Origin: Dehalococcoidia bacterium
GTDB lineage: Bacteria; Chloroflexota; Dehalococcoidia; UBA2979
Direction: 5' to 3'
Length of the DNA: 64,000 nt
NCBI GenBank assembly: GCA_965262725.1
Contig: OZ253555.1
Span: 736,001-800,000, forward strand
The notes beneath the pieces are model-generated. The model did not search any database. It was given only the letters and a program-made list of their open reading frames with translations, and had not been told where the DNA came from. Below are positions 48,307 through 58,054 of this stretch, piece after piece. Position 1 is the first letter of the stretch, and each line of letters starts with the position of its first letter. The translations under genes were made by a program, and so were the position numbers.

Positions 48307-49443
48307 TCAGGCCTCCGGCCGGACGGCGTTCGGTGCATCGCTGATGCTCGCCTCCTCGAAGGTCGCCATCTCGTCCAGCAGCCGGCAGGCCGCGACACAG
48401 AGCGTGATCCCGAGCGCGGCCCCCGTCCCCTCCCCGAGCCGGAGGCCGAGGTCGAGGAGCGGATCGAGCCCGAGCCACTCCAGGGCGATGCCGTGACCCG
48501 GCTCGGCCGAGCGATGCGCCGCCACCATGTAGGGGACGCAGGCCGGGGCCATCTCGGCTGCGACGAGCGCCGCTGCGCCCGCGATCAGGCCGTCAACGAC
48601 CGCGGGGATGCGCCAGGCCGCCGCCCCGATGTAGATGCCCGCCAGCACGCCGATCTCGAGCCCGCCGAGCGAGGCGAGGAGCCCGATGCCGTCGGAGGCG
48701 CCGGCGCCGCCGGCGCCCGCCGCGTGGTGCCGCGCGAGAGCGAGCTCCACGGCGTCGAGCTTGCGGCCGTAGCCGGCGTCGTCCACGCCGGTGCCCCGGC
48801 CGGTGACGGCGGCTGCCGAGCGCCCTGTGGTGGCGGCGACGAGGGCGGCCGCCGCCGTGGAGTTGCCGATCCCCATCTCGCCGCAGCCGACGATGTCGAC
48901 GCCGGCCCCTGCCCGCTCCTCCTCGATCAGCGCGATGCCCGCGGCGACGGCCCGTTCAGCGACATCCCGCCCCATCGCCGGGTGCTCGGCGATATCGCCG
49001 GTCGCCCCGCCGAGGCGCAGTCGCCACAGCGCCGGGTCGTCCGGCGTCCGGCCGGATACGCCGGCGTCGACGACGCGGACGCGGGCGCCCGCGTGCCGGG
49101 CGAGCACGTTGATGGCGGCACCGCCCATGAGGAAGTTGGCGACCATCTGTGCCGTGACCTCCGCGGGGTAGGCGGAGACTCCGCGCGCGGCCACGCCGTG
49201 ATCGCCGGCCGCCACGACGATCAGCCGCCGGTCGAGGCGGGGACGCGGCCGGCCGGTGGCGGCGGCGATGTGCTCGGCGAGCGCCTCCAGCCGCCCGAGC
49301 GCCCCCGGCGGCTTGGTGAGACGGTGCTGCCGCTCGCGAGCGGCGCGGGCGGCAGCGCCGTCCGGCGGCGCGATCCGACCGGTGGCGGAGGCGATGCGCG
49401 CGGCGGCCTCCGGGTCGACGTCCCGCTTCAGGTCCGCGCTCAG
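48307..49443 (-). CDS. cobT: Nicotinate-nucleotide-DMB phosphoribosyltransferase
   Basis: LTKPPGALGRLE (upstream of the ORF-track start), AGDHG, GEMGIGNST, LRLGEGTG; CTG start overlaps the cobO stop. Confidence 0.93.
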   Translation of the reverse strand: MSADLKRDVDPEAAARIASATGRIAPPDGAAARAARERQHRLTKPPGALGRLEALAEHIAAATGRPRPRLDRRLIVVAAGDHGVAARGVSAYPAEVTAQMVANFLMGGAAINVLARHAGARVRVVDAGVSGRTPDDPALWRLRLGGATGDIAEHPAMGRDVAERAVAAGIALIEEERAGAGVDIVGCGEMGIGNSTAAAALVAATTGRSAAAVTGRGTGVDDAGYGRKLDAVELALARHHAAGAGGAGASDGIGLLASLGGLEIGVLAGIYIGAAAWRIPAVVDGLIAGAAALVAAEMAPACVPYMVAAHRSAEPGHGIALEWLGLDPLLDLGLRLGEGTGAALGITLCVAACRLLDEMATFEEASISDAPNAVRPEA

Positions 49444-50060
49444 TAGTCGATCCCCGGCTGCGCCTTGATGCCGCCCTGGTAGGGGTGCTTGATCTCGGTC
49501 ATCTCCGTGACGAGGTCGGCGAACTCGACCAGCTCCGGCACCGCGCCGCGGCCGGTGAGGATGAGGTGCACGTTGGGTGGGCGCGCGGCGAGCGCTGAGA
49601 CGACGGCCTCAACGTCCAGCCAGCCGTAGCTGATCGGGTAGGTGATCTCGTCAAGCACGACGAGATCGTAGCGGCCGGACTCGATCTTCTCCCGCGCGAG
49701 CGCCCAGCACTCCCGCGCGAGGGCTTTGTCCTTCTCGATGTCGGTGGAGAGCCAGGTGAAGCCGTCGCCCAGGGGGGTCATCTCGATCCCCATCGCCTGC
49801 GCGGCGCGCGTCTCGCCGAAGTTGGAGGTGGATGACTTGATGAACTGGAGCCAGCAGATCGACCAGCCGCGCCCCCAGGCGCGCATCGTCACGCCGAGCG
49901 CGGAGCTCGTCTTCCCCTTGCCGTCGCCGGTGTAGAGGAGGACCAGTGGGTGCCGCTTGCGGAAGAGGCCCCTCCACTGCTTCGGCGGCTGCGGGACCGC
50001 CGCCTGGCCGGCGTGCTCCTCCGATGCGCTGACATCGTGCTCGTCGCGACTCTCTGGCAC
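49440..50060 (-). CDS. cobO: Cob(I)yrinic acid a,c-diamide adenosyltransferase (CobO/BtuR)
   Basis: YTGDGKGKT, QFIKS, GDGFTW, LDEI, LTGR, KHPY...GIDY. Confidence 0.95.
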   Translation of the reverse strand: MPESRDEHDVSASEEHAGQAAVPQPPKQWRGLFRKRHPLVLLYTGDGKGKTSSALGVTMRAWGRGWSICWLQFIKSSTSNFGETRAAQAMGIEMTPLGDGFTWLSTDIEKDKALARECWALAREKIESGRYDLVVLDEITYPISYGWLDVEAVVSALAARPPNVHLILTGRGAVPELVEFADLVTEMTEIKHPYQGGIKAQPGIDY

Positions 50061-50189
50061 CGGTCACACCCCTCGGCGCGTACGGTACACCGGGGGCGCG
50101 CAGCGGGAGCGTCGGCCCGGCTCGCAGCGGCCGGGCATCGACGCTACCGTCGGTTTCGGCGCACGGATGCGGAGGGGGAGAGGTCCGAC

Positions 50190-50777
50190 GTGGAGCACGG
50201 CAGCGGCGTGCCCGGCGATCCCTGCGCGCCCGTCGAGGTGCGCGACGCCCGCAGGGAGGATCTCCCCCAGCTGCTCGCGATCTACAACCACTGGGTTCGC
50301 ACGAGTGCGGCCACCTTCGATCTTGAGCCCCTCACGACTGAGGCGTGGGAGCGCTGGTTCGAGGGGCACCGGGATCCCGCCCGCCCCGTCCTCGTTGCCG
50401 AGGGGACGGGGACCGGCGGCGAGGGCCGCGAGCTGCTGGGCGGGGCGTGGCTCTCGGGATGGCGCCCGCGCCTTGGCTTCGCCCGCACGGCAGAGTCCTC
50501 GATCTACCTCCACCCGAGCGCGCGTCAGCAGGGCGTCGGGCGCTCGCTCTACTCAGCGCTCATCACGCGTGCCCGCTCGCTCGCGCTCCACACGCTGATC
50601 GCTATTATCACGCCGCCCAATGCCGCCTCCACCGCGCTGCACCGGAGCCTCGGCTACGAGCGCGTGGGGGTGACGCGCGAGGTCGGGTGGAAGTTCGAAC
50701 GCTGGCAGGACAGCGAGATCTGGCAGCTCATGCTCGATCGCGAACCGCGTTCCGGCGAGCGCCGCGCCGGGCGTTGA
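50190..50777 (+). CDS. GNAT N-acetyltransferase (PAT/YncA-like)
   Basis: IYNHWV...ATFD, ESSIYL, QQGVG, STALH..LGYE, GWKF. Confidence 0.9.
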   Translation: MEHGSGVPGDPCAPVEVRDARREDLPQLLAIYNHWVRTSAATFDLEPLTTEAWERWFEGHRDPARPVLVAEGTGTGGEGRELLGGAWLSGWRPRLGFARTAESSIYLHPSARQQGVGRSLYSALITRARSLALHTLIAIITPPNAASTALHRSLGYERVGVTREVGWKFERWQDSEIWQLMLDREPRSGERRAGR

Positions 50778-50801
50778 CAAGCGCTCCCGCGCCTGTATGC
50801 T
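50774..50801 (+). promoter_or_regulatory. Putative sigma70 promoter for the riboswitch transcript
   Basis: TTGACA-N16-TATGCT followed by an AT-rich stretch. Confidence 0.6.
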
Positions 50802-50859
50802 AATTTCGTCACAATCACGTATGGAAGGCATGCGTACGTGACGATGCCCTTTCAGGGCA

Positions 50860-50969
50860 CTGCCAAATCTCCCTTCGGGGAGACCGGGGGAACCACTCTT
50901 GGGGTGAACCCTCTTCGGAGGGCGGGTGAGTCTGCTCCACCCGAACCCGTCAGCTTACCCCGGCGGCAG
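50860..50969 (+). ncRNA. c-di-AMP (ydaO/yuaA) riboswitch
   Basis: CTGCC/GGCAG closing stem, GCCAAATC, CGGGGGAACC, TGGGGTGAA, CCCGAACCCGTCAGCTTACCCCG; TTCG-capped hairpins. Confidence 0.88.
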
Positions 50970-51058
50970 ACGAGCAGCCCCGGCCGGTGGGATGCCGGCA
51001 CGGACCCTCCCGCTTGGGAGGTTCGCGCCACCCGGTGGCGCGAGGAGGCTTGGCTGCT

Positions 51059-51271
51059 GTGATCCACTCTCCACCACCCCGGAACTGCCCGCGCTGCCGG
51101 GGCCTGATCATCGTCGAAGACGACTGGTACGGCTCCTTCGGCACCTGCGTGACCTGCGGCTACGTCCACGAGACGCAGCGCGCCGATCCCGCGGATCTGC
51201 TGGCCGAGGAGCAGCTCGCCGCTGGCAAGCAGCGCCGACGCCAGCCCTCGCACGGGAAGCTACGCCTCTAG
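51059..51271 (+). CDS. Small CxxC...CxxC zinc-ribbon protein (70 aa)
   Basis: SD GAGGAGG (51042-51048); CPRCRG...CVTCGY; basic tail. Confidence 0.8.
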   Translation: MIHSPPPRNCPRCRGLIIVEDDWYGSFGTCVTCGYVHETQRADPADLLAEEQLAAGKQRRRQPSHGKLRL

Positions 51272-51376
51272 GCACCAGCCGCCTGTGAGGGACGGGCTCG
51301 CCCGCCGCACGCCGGGGGGCGGCTCTGGCGTCGCGTGTGCGCCCCCGGGGGGAGGCGGATGTCCGCCGACCCCGGC

Positions 51377-53077
51377 TCAGCCCCGCGCTGCCGGCGCGCC
51401 GGCGCCCTCCGGCCCGCGTCTGTGGTGGAAGAGCCAGTACTCGTACGCGTCCTGCAACGCCATCCAGGAGGCCTCGATCACGTCGGTCGAGGCTCCCACG
51501 GTCCGCCAGAGCGAGAGACCGTCGCTCGACTCTATGAGGACGCGCACTGCGGCGTTCGCACCCCCGCCGGGGTTGATGATGCGCACCTTGTAGTCGAGGA
51601 GGTGGACGCGCTCGAGCTCTGGGTAGGACTCGAGCAGGGCGCGGCGCACGGCGAGGTCGAGGGCGGAGACGGGGCCGTTGCCGTCGGCGGCGGTCTGCGA
51701 AAGCCGGTCGCCGACCCGCACCTTCACCATCGCCTCGGCCTGCATGTCATTCTCGTCGTCCCCGCGCCCGAGGCGGCGGCGCTCCACGATCAGGAAGTCC
51801 TCGAGGTCGAAGGGCGCCTGGTACGCGCTGAGGGAGCGGCGCACCAGCAGCTCGAAGGAGGCCTCGGATGACTCGTATTGGAAGCCGCGCGCCTCCTGCT
51901 CCTTCACGTGCGCGAGCACGACGCGCGCCTGATCCTCGGTCAGCTCGAGCTCGACGCCCTGCTCGCGCAGCTTCTCGACGATGTTGCGGCGGCCGGAGAG
52001 CTCGGAGACGAGCACGCGCTCGGTATTCCCCACACGCCCCGGCTCGACGTGCGTGTAGGAACCGGCGGACTTTGTGATCGCGGCGACGTGCAGTCCCGCC
52101 TTGTGCGCGAAGGCGCTCTGCCCCACGTAGGGCTGGCTCTTGTCCGGGATCATGTTTGCGAGCTCGTCGGCGAAGCGCGCCGTCTCCGTGAGCCTGGCGA
52201 GCTGTTCGTCGCTCACGACGTCGATGCCGAGCTTCAGCTTCAGGTTCGCCACGACCGAGATCATGTTCGCGTTCCCGGTGCGCTCCCCCCACCCGTTCAC
52301 GCACGCCTGGACCTGCGTCGCGCCGGCCTGCACCGCCAGCAGCGTGTTGGCGACGGCGATGTCGGCGTCGTTGTGGACGTGGATGCCGATCTCGCAGTCG
52401 ACGACGCCCAGTGCGGCGCGCACGCCCTCCACCACCTGGCCGGGGAGCGAGCCGCCGTTGGTGTCGCAGAGCGTCACGGTGTGGGCACCCGCGCCCTCGG
52501 CGGCGCGCAGGGTCGCGATCGCGTACTCGGGGTCGTCCCGAAAGCCGTCGAAGTAGTGCTCGGCGTCGAAGACGACCTCGCGCCCCTGCGCGACGAGATG
52601 CCGCACGGAGTCCGTGATCATCGCGAGGTTTTCCTCCTCGGTCGTCTCGAGCACCTCGACGACCTGACGTGCCGACGACTTCCCGACGATGGTGATGACC
52701 GGCGTGTCGGCCTCGAGGACCGCGGCGATCGCGGGGTCGGTGGAGGCGTCCCCGCCCGCGCGCCGCGTCGAACCGAACGCGACCAGCTTCGCGTGGCGCA
52801 GCCCCAGCTCGCCCGCGCGGCGGAAGAAATCCGCATCCTTCGGGTTCGAACCGGGGTAGCCGCCCTCGATGTAGTGCATGCCCAGCTCATCGAGCTTTCG
52901 CGCCAGCACGAGCTTGTCCTCGAGCGAGAGGGAGATCCCTTCCATGCCGAGGCCGTCCCGGAGCGTGGTGTCGTAGAGGCGTATCGGGAAGCGCCGCCGT
53001 CGCTCCGCGGCCACCGGGTCGGGCGAGCCCGGGTGAATGGCGGTGGGATCGGCGTGTGTCGGGTCGGTCGCGGTCAT
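51377..53077 (-). CDS. cimA: Citramalate synthase
   Basis: YDTTLRDG, YIEGGYPGSNPKD, DAEHYFDG, PYVGQSAFAHKAGLH, LDYKVRI. Confidence 0.92.
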   Translation of the reverse strand: MTATDPTHADPTAIHPGSPDPVAAERRRRFPIRLYDTTLRDGLGMEGISLSLEDKLVLARKLDELGMHYIEGGYPGSNPKDADFFRRAGELGLRHAKLVAFGSTRRAGGDASTDPAIAAVLEADTPVITIVGKSSARQVVEVLETTEEENLAMITDSVRHLVAQGREVVFDAEHYFDGFRDDPEYAIATLRAAEGAGAHTVTLCDTNGGSLPGQVVEGVRAALGVVDCEIGIHVHNDADIAVANTLLAVQAGATQVQACVNGWGERTGNANMISVVANLKLKLGIDVVSDEQLARLTETARFADELANMIPDKSQPYVGQSAFAHKAGLHVAAITKSAGSYTHVEPGRVGNTERVLVSELSGRRNIVEKLREQGVELELTEDQARVVLAHVKEQEARGFQYESSEASFELLVRRSLSAYQAPFDLEDFLIVERRRLGRGDDENDMQAEAMVKVRVGDRLSQTAADGNGPVSALDLAVRRALLESYPELERVHLLDYKVRIINPGGGANAAVRVLIESSDGLSLWRTVGASTDVIEASWMALQDAYEYWLFHHRRGPEGAGAPAARG

Positions 53078-53457
53078 CGGCGTGGCTCGCAGGGCTAGGC
53101 GTCACCCCGCTCGTAGGGCCGCCGCTCGTGCCGGGTGGCGCTCAGAGTTGCTCAGCGGCGCGGGGTGAGGATTCGTTGCATCGGTCGGGCCGTCGCTGCA
53201 GCGGGGCGCACGATGACACCCGCCGCCGGCCTCTGGGGCCGGACGGCGCGCACCACCTCGACGACGCTTGGCACACATCCCACGACGTATCGATTCTAGG
53301 CACCATTCTGCGGCACCTACAAGGTCGCCGTTCCGCGGTTGCGCCAGGGCACCGTGGTGGGGGCGGCAGTCGCTCCCGCGGTGGGGTTCTCCCCGGGGGC
53401 GCGGCGCGCGCGATCCGAACAGCGTCTCCTCAGCGGTTCATGCCCGAGGGTGCCGGA

Positions 53458-55131
53458 TCAGGCCGGGGACACACTGTCGAAGTGGATCGACGGGTTGCTC
53501 CATGGCGTGTAGTCGGCGCCGATGGCGTCGGTTCGCCACCCGAATAGGATCGGCCGCTCGACGAACCACGCCGCCGGAACGAGGTCACCCTCCACTCGCA
53601 GCATCTCGGTGAGCTCCCAGTACATGCCGATACGCTTCTCCGTGTCCGTCTCCTGGCGGGCGCGTGCCAGGGTCGCATCGAAGTCGTCGCTGTTGAGTCC
53701 CGCCGCATAGGCGTTGCCGTCCTCGTACCACGTGAACGCCGATTCGGCCTCGTACTGGAATGAGCCGGAGGCCTTCAGGAACGCGCCCGGGCGCGGTCGC
53801 GTCTCGCGGCCGTAGAGGCGATCTCGCCAGACGTTGGTCTCCAGTGTTCGGAGATCGATCGACACCCCGACGTCTTCCCAGAAGCCGAGCGAGGACTCGG
53901 CGGCACCCTTGAGTTCCGGCGCGAGGGCCAGCGGTCCCTCGACGGTGACCGTCGCCCCTTCCACGCCGGCGTCCTTGATCAGCTGCCGTGCCTTGTCGGG
54001 GTCGTACGGCACAGGAGAGAGGTTCGGGTTGTGACCCACGGCCGCCTTCGTGATGAGCTGATCCCTGGAGAGGTTGCTGAGGCCCGCGTAGACAGTGTTG
54101 TGCATGAGCTCGCGATCGAGGGCGTAGTTCATCGCCTGCCGCACGCGGGGGTCGTTGGTCGGACCGGGGTCGGCGCTCGGGTCGATGCCGAGATCCCACC
54201 CCTGCATGCCGGTCGCCGCCGCCGGCTGGACCGTGATGCTCTGGAGACCCCCGATGCGCGCCGCCTCGATCGTTGGCACCGAGCTGTTGAATTGGATCTC
54301 TCCGGCCTCGAGGGCTGAGAGGCGGGTGGTTCCCTCACCGATGTACTTCACATCGATCGAGTCGAGCCCGCGAGTCGTCCGCCAGGTCGAGGCGCTCTTG
54401 CGGAGATCGACGCTGACCTTGTCGAGGAAGTTGCTCGCCGTGTAGGCACCTGTCCCGACCGGCGTCTGCCCCATGAACGTGACGAAGTCCTTTGCCGGAT
54501 CGTCTGCGATGTGCTTCGGGAGCATGAACACGAGCCCGGAGCGCCGTGGAAGGATCGGGTCGCCGTTGGTCGTGGTGATCGCGATCGTACGATCATCCAC
54601 GACTTTCGCGGACGCGAATGTATTCACCCTCGAGATGAGACGCGACATGTTCTCGGGGTCGGCGTAGTACTCATAGCTGAACTTGACATCCTCGGCGGTA
54701 GCCTTCTCGCCGTCGGACCACTCCAGCTCGCGGAGGCTGAACACCCACGTCTTGGGGTCGGCGTCGTCGAGCTCCCACGCTTCCGCGAAGGCCGGCTCCA
54801 GCTGGCCGCCACCGGGTGCCGGAGCGAGCCGCACGAGCGGATCGTAGATGGCGTGGAATTCCGCGAAGCTACCCGCCGTCGAGTTCGGGTCCATCGTCGG
54901 CGGCGGCAGGTGCCGACCCATCACGAGGCGCCCGGAGGGGTTGAGACGCGCGGCGGCAGTCGGGGCGGCAGTCGGGGCGGCAGGCGCGACGGTAGTTCCC
55001 GTCCCGTCCTCATCGTCATCGCCGCAGCCGATCACCGCCGCCGTGGCGAGGCCAACCCCGCCCAGGGTGATGCCACGCAGGAACACGCGGCGCGAGACCT
55101 TCTGCTTGAGTACTGTGAATTGACTGTCCAC
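53458..55131 (-). CDS. Family-5 ABC substrate-binding protein, Tat lipoprotein (orphan)
   Basis: SRRVFL Tat motif, VIGC lipobox, IYDPLV, WSDG, PVGTGAY, DPRVRQAMNYALDR. Confidence 0.9.
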   Translation of the reverse strand: MDSQFTVLKQKVSRRVFLRGITLGGVGLATAAVIGCGDDDEDGTGTTVAPAAPTAAPTAAARLNPSGRLVMGRHLPPPTMDPNSTAGSFAEFHAIYDPLVRLAPAPGGGQLEPAFAEAWELDDADPKTWVFSLRELEWSDGEKATAEDVKFSYEYYADPENMSRLISRVNTFASAKVVDDRTIAITTTNGDPILPRRSGLVFMLPKHIADDPAKDFVTFMGQTPVGTGAYTASNFLDKVSVDLRKSASTWRTTRGLDSIDVKYIGEGTTRLSALEAGEIQFNSSVPTIEAARIGGLQSITVQPAAATGMQGWDLGIDPSADPGPTNDPRVRQAMNYALDRELMHNTVYAGLSNLSRDQLITKAAVGHNPNLSPVPYDPDKARQLIKDAGVEGATVTVEGPLALAPELKGAAESSLGFWEDVGVSIDLRTLETNVWRDRLYGRETRPRPGAFLKASGSFQYEAESAFTWYEDGNAYAAGLNSDDFDATLARARQETDTEKRIGMYWELTEMLRVEGDLVPAAWFVERPILFGWRTDAIGADYTPWSNPSIHFDSVSPA

Positions 55132-55344
55132 GCTGCCCCCTTGCGGACGATGGCACGGCGGCGCCGACCCCATTTCGTCCGATAACACTTGGAATAGACT
55201 CGATCCCGTGCGGCGCGTCAAGCGCCCCGCTCCCTCCAGCGCGGCGAGGGTATGCGACAGTCGCACCGATCATGGATCGCGGAGCTGCTGCCCCCGCTTC
55301 GCGCTGGCGACTTCCGCCGGTGCCGATCGTCGTCGGGCTCTGGG

Positions 55345-56442
55345 CTAGCCGGCGCTCACCGCGGCGATCACGGCGTCCGCCATCTCGCGAGTACCGATCG
55401 CGCGCTCGTCGGGCGAAGCGATGTCGGCGGTGCGCAAACCCCCGGCGAGCACGGCCGCCACCGCGGCCTCGACCGCGTCTCCCTCGTGCTCGAGCCCGAG
55501 GGAGTGCCTGAGCAGCATCCCGACGCAGAGGCACATCGCCAGCGGGTTCGCCGATCCCTCTCCCGCGATGTCCGGCGCGGAGCCGTGAATCGGCTCGTAC
55601 ATGCCGAGGCCCGTCCCGTCTTCGAGCCGCTCGCCGATGCTCGCCGACGGGAGCATCCCCAGGGAGCCGGCGAGCATCGAGGCCTCGTCCGTGAGGATGT
55701 CGCCAAAGAGGTTGGAGGCGATCACCACGTCGAAGTCGGAGGGGCGGCGGATGAGGTGCATCGCCGCCGCGTCCACGAGCATGTCTGAGTACTCGACGTC
55801 GGGATAGCCGGCGCGCACCTCGTGCACGACCTCCCGCCAGAGGCGCGAGGACTCCAGAACGTTCGCCTTGTCGATGGAGTGGAGCCTCCGGCGGCGCCCG
55901 CGAGCCAGCTCGAAGCCGAGGCGCGCGACGCGGCCGATCTCCTCCTCGTTGTAATAGATGGTGTCGACCGCCTCGCGGCGGCCGTCGGCTATCCGTCGCT
56001 CCTGCGGCCTGCCGAAGTAGGCGCCCGAGGTCAGCTCGCGCACCACCAGCAGGTCGACGCCCGCGAGCACGTCCGGGCGGAGCGGCGAGGAGGCGGCGAG
56101 TGCCGGGTCGACGACAACCGGGCGCAGATTCGCCCACAGGCCGAGCTCGCGGCGGATGCGGAGCAGTCCCTGCTCGGGTCGCACCGGCGCCGTGGGGTCG
56201 TCCCATTTCGGGCCGCCGACGGCGCCCCACAGCACGGCGTGCGAGGCGCGCGCCTGCTCGATGGTCTCGTCCCGGATCGCGACCCCGTATGCCTCGATGG
56301 CGGCACCGCCGACCAGGTCCTCGGTGACGCGGAAGGAGTGCTCGAAGCGCTCCCCCACGGCGGTGAGCAGCCGCACGCCCTCGGCGGTGACCTCGGGGCC
56401 GATGCCGTCGCCCGGAAGCACCAGGATCTCGTAGTCGGCCAC
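55345..56442 (-). CDS. leuB: 3-isopropylmalate dehydrogenase
   Basis: [46 protein letters not shown]. Confidence 0.97.
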   Translation of the reverse strand: MADYEILVLPGDGIGPEVTAEGVRLLTAVGERFEHSFRVTEDLVGGAAIEAYGVAIRDETIEQARASHAVLWGAVGGPKWDDPTAPVRPEQGLLRIRRELGLWANLRPVVVDPALAASSPLRPDVLAGVDLLVVRELTSGAYFGRPQERRIADGRREAVDTIYYNEEEIGRVARLGFELARGRRRRLHSIDKANVLESSRLWREVVHEVRAGYPDVEYSDMLVDAAAMHLIRRPSDFDVVIASNLFGDILTDEASMLAGSLGMLPSASIGERLEDGTGLGMYEPIHGSAPDIAGEGSANPLAMCLCVGMLLRHSLGLEHEGDAVEAAVAAVLAGGLRTADIASPDERAIGTREMADAVIAAVSAG

Positions 56443-56483
56443 GCCACCTCTCCCTCGCCGCGGTCGCTCTGCTCGCGCTGAGG

Positions 56484-57419
56484 CTACTGCGCCCGCGCCT
56501 GACGCGCTTCCCGGGCGGCGCGGGCCGCCCTTGCTGCGACCCGTCGCCGACCCGTCGCGACCTGCTCCCGGCCGGCCGCGCCCCCGAGCATCCAGCCGTC
56601 CCGCACCTGGTAGAGCGGCTCGAGCGCGAGGTAGAACCGGATGCGCCGGTTGAGCCCCGCGTCGCGCGCCACGAGGGCGGCGCGCCCCTCCTCCCTCGCG
56701 TAGCTCGCGATCACCCGGCGCAGGAACGGGGGCCGGAAGCCCCGCAGCCGGCCGAAGCCGGAGAGCAGGCCCGCGAGATCGAACGCGGGATCGGCGATCA
56801 TCGCGTCGCCCCAGTCGATCACGCCCCGCAGGGTGCCGTCGGGGCCGGCGAGCAGGTGCGCGATTGAAATGTCGCCGTGCACAAGGGCGCGCGGCGTCCG
56901 GTCGGACCCCCCCTGTCCCAGGAAGCGGCCGAGCGTCTCCTCCACCCAGTCGCGGCTCCGGGGCCCGAGCTCGGGGAGAGACTCCTCGACGAGCGGCGTG
57001 TAGACCTCTCGGCCGAGGTCGACGGAGCGTAGACCCCGCGTGCGGGCCGCCTCAGCAGGCGTCGCGTGCAGCGTCGCGAGGAAGCGCCCGACCTGTTCGG
57101 CGAGCCGGTGCCTCGGACGGCCGCGCAGCGCTGCGCCCCCGGGTCCCGCGCTTCCCGCTGGCTCGCCCTCGATGTAGCGATAGAGCGTGGCGAGCGGCCG
57201 CCCGCTCCCCTCGCGCAGCACGCGCGCCTCTTGGGGTACAGCGAGCCCGCACGCGGCCAGCAGCTCGAGCAGGCGAGGTTCGCGCTCGTAGCCGGCGACG
57301 GTCTCCTGGGGGATGCCCGGGCGCAGCACCCGCAGGACGTGGTCGCCGGCCCGGTAGGCGACCGTCCCGTATCCGGATCCGATCAGGCGGGGGCGGCCCG
57401 GCAGCCCGGCGTCGCGCAG
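56484..57419 (-). CDS. APH-family phosphotransferase
   Basis: LIGSGYG loop upstream of the ORF-track start, HGDIS, GVIDWGD, DPAFD; start uncertain. Confidence 0.8.
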   Translation of the reverse strand: MRDAGLPGRPRLIGSGYGTVAYRAGDHVLRVLRPGIPQETVAGYEREPRLLELLAACGLAVPQEARVLREGSGRPLATLYRYIEGEPAGSAGPGGAALRGRPRHRLAEQVGRFLATLHATPAEAARTRGLRSVDLGREVYTPLVEESLPELGPRSRDWVEETLGRFLGQGGSDRTPRALVHGDISIAHLLAGPDGTLRGVIDWGDAMIADPAFDLAGLLSGFGRLRGFRPPFLRRVIASYAREEGRAALVARDAGLNRRIRFYLALEPLYQVRDGWMLGGAAGREQVATGRRRVAARAARAAREARQARAQ

Positions 57420-57454
57420 GAGCGCCGCGGGCGAGCGCGCGGGACGCCGGGTGG

Positions 57455-58054
57455 CTACGGCGCGGTCCTCGGATACCCCTCGTCGTCGCGCTCTGCCTCG
57501 AAGGCGGCGACGTCGCGCTCATACGCGAGCGTCATGCCGATGTCGTCGAGCCCGCCGAGGAGCCGGTGCTTCTTGAAGGGATCGATTTCGAAGCGCCGGC
57601 TCCACGATCCGTCGGCGGTGGAGACGCTCTGCGACTCCAGGTCGATGACCAGCTCCGACTCGGGGAGCTCCTCGGCGCGGGCCATCAGGTAGTCGACGTC
57701 CTCGTCAGGCAGCTCGATGGTGAGCACGCCGCCCTGAAAGCAGTTCCCCTTGAAGATGTCGGCGAAGGAGGGCGCGATGAGCGCCCCGATGCCGAGACCC
57801 TGGATCGCCCAGACCGCGTGCTCCCGGCTCGAGCCGGAGCCGAAGTTCTGGCGGCTGAGGAGGATGCGTGCGCCGCCGTACGCCGGGTTGTTGAGCACGA
57901 AGTCCGGGTCGGCGCGCCACGCCTCGAAGGCGAAGGGGCCGTACCCCGTGCGCTCGATGCGCTTGAGGTGCTTGGCGGGGATGATCTGGTCGGTGTCGAC
58001 GTTCGGACGGTCCAGCGGGATCGCCTTTCCCCGTACCCTGCTCACCGGCTCCAT
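57455..58054 (-). CDS. leuD: 3-isopropylmalate dehydratase small subunit
   Basis: [30 protein letters not shown]. Confidence 0.97.
   Translation of the reverse strand: MEPVSRVRGKAIPLDRPNVDTDQIIPAKHLKRIERTGYGPFAFEAWRADPDFVLNNPAYGGARILLSRQNFGSGSSREHAVWAIQGLGIGALIAPSFADIFKGNCFQGGVLTIELPDEDVDYLMARAEELPESELVIDLESQSVSTADGSWSRRFEIDPFKKHRLLGGLDDIGMTLAYERDVAAFEAERDDEGYPRTAP

Noticed and set aside
54950-54982. 12-bp tandem repeat GCGGCAGTCGGG
   Set aside because: Encodes the APTA linker of the SBP.
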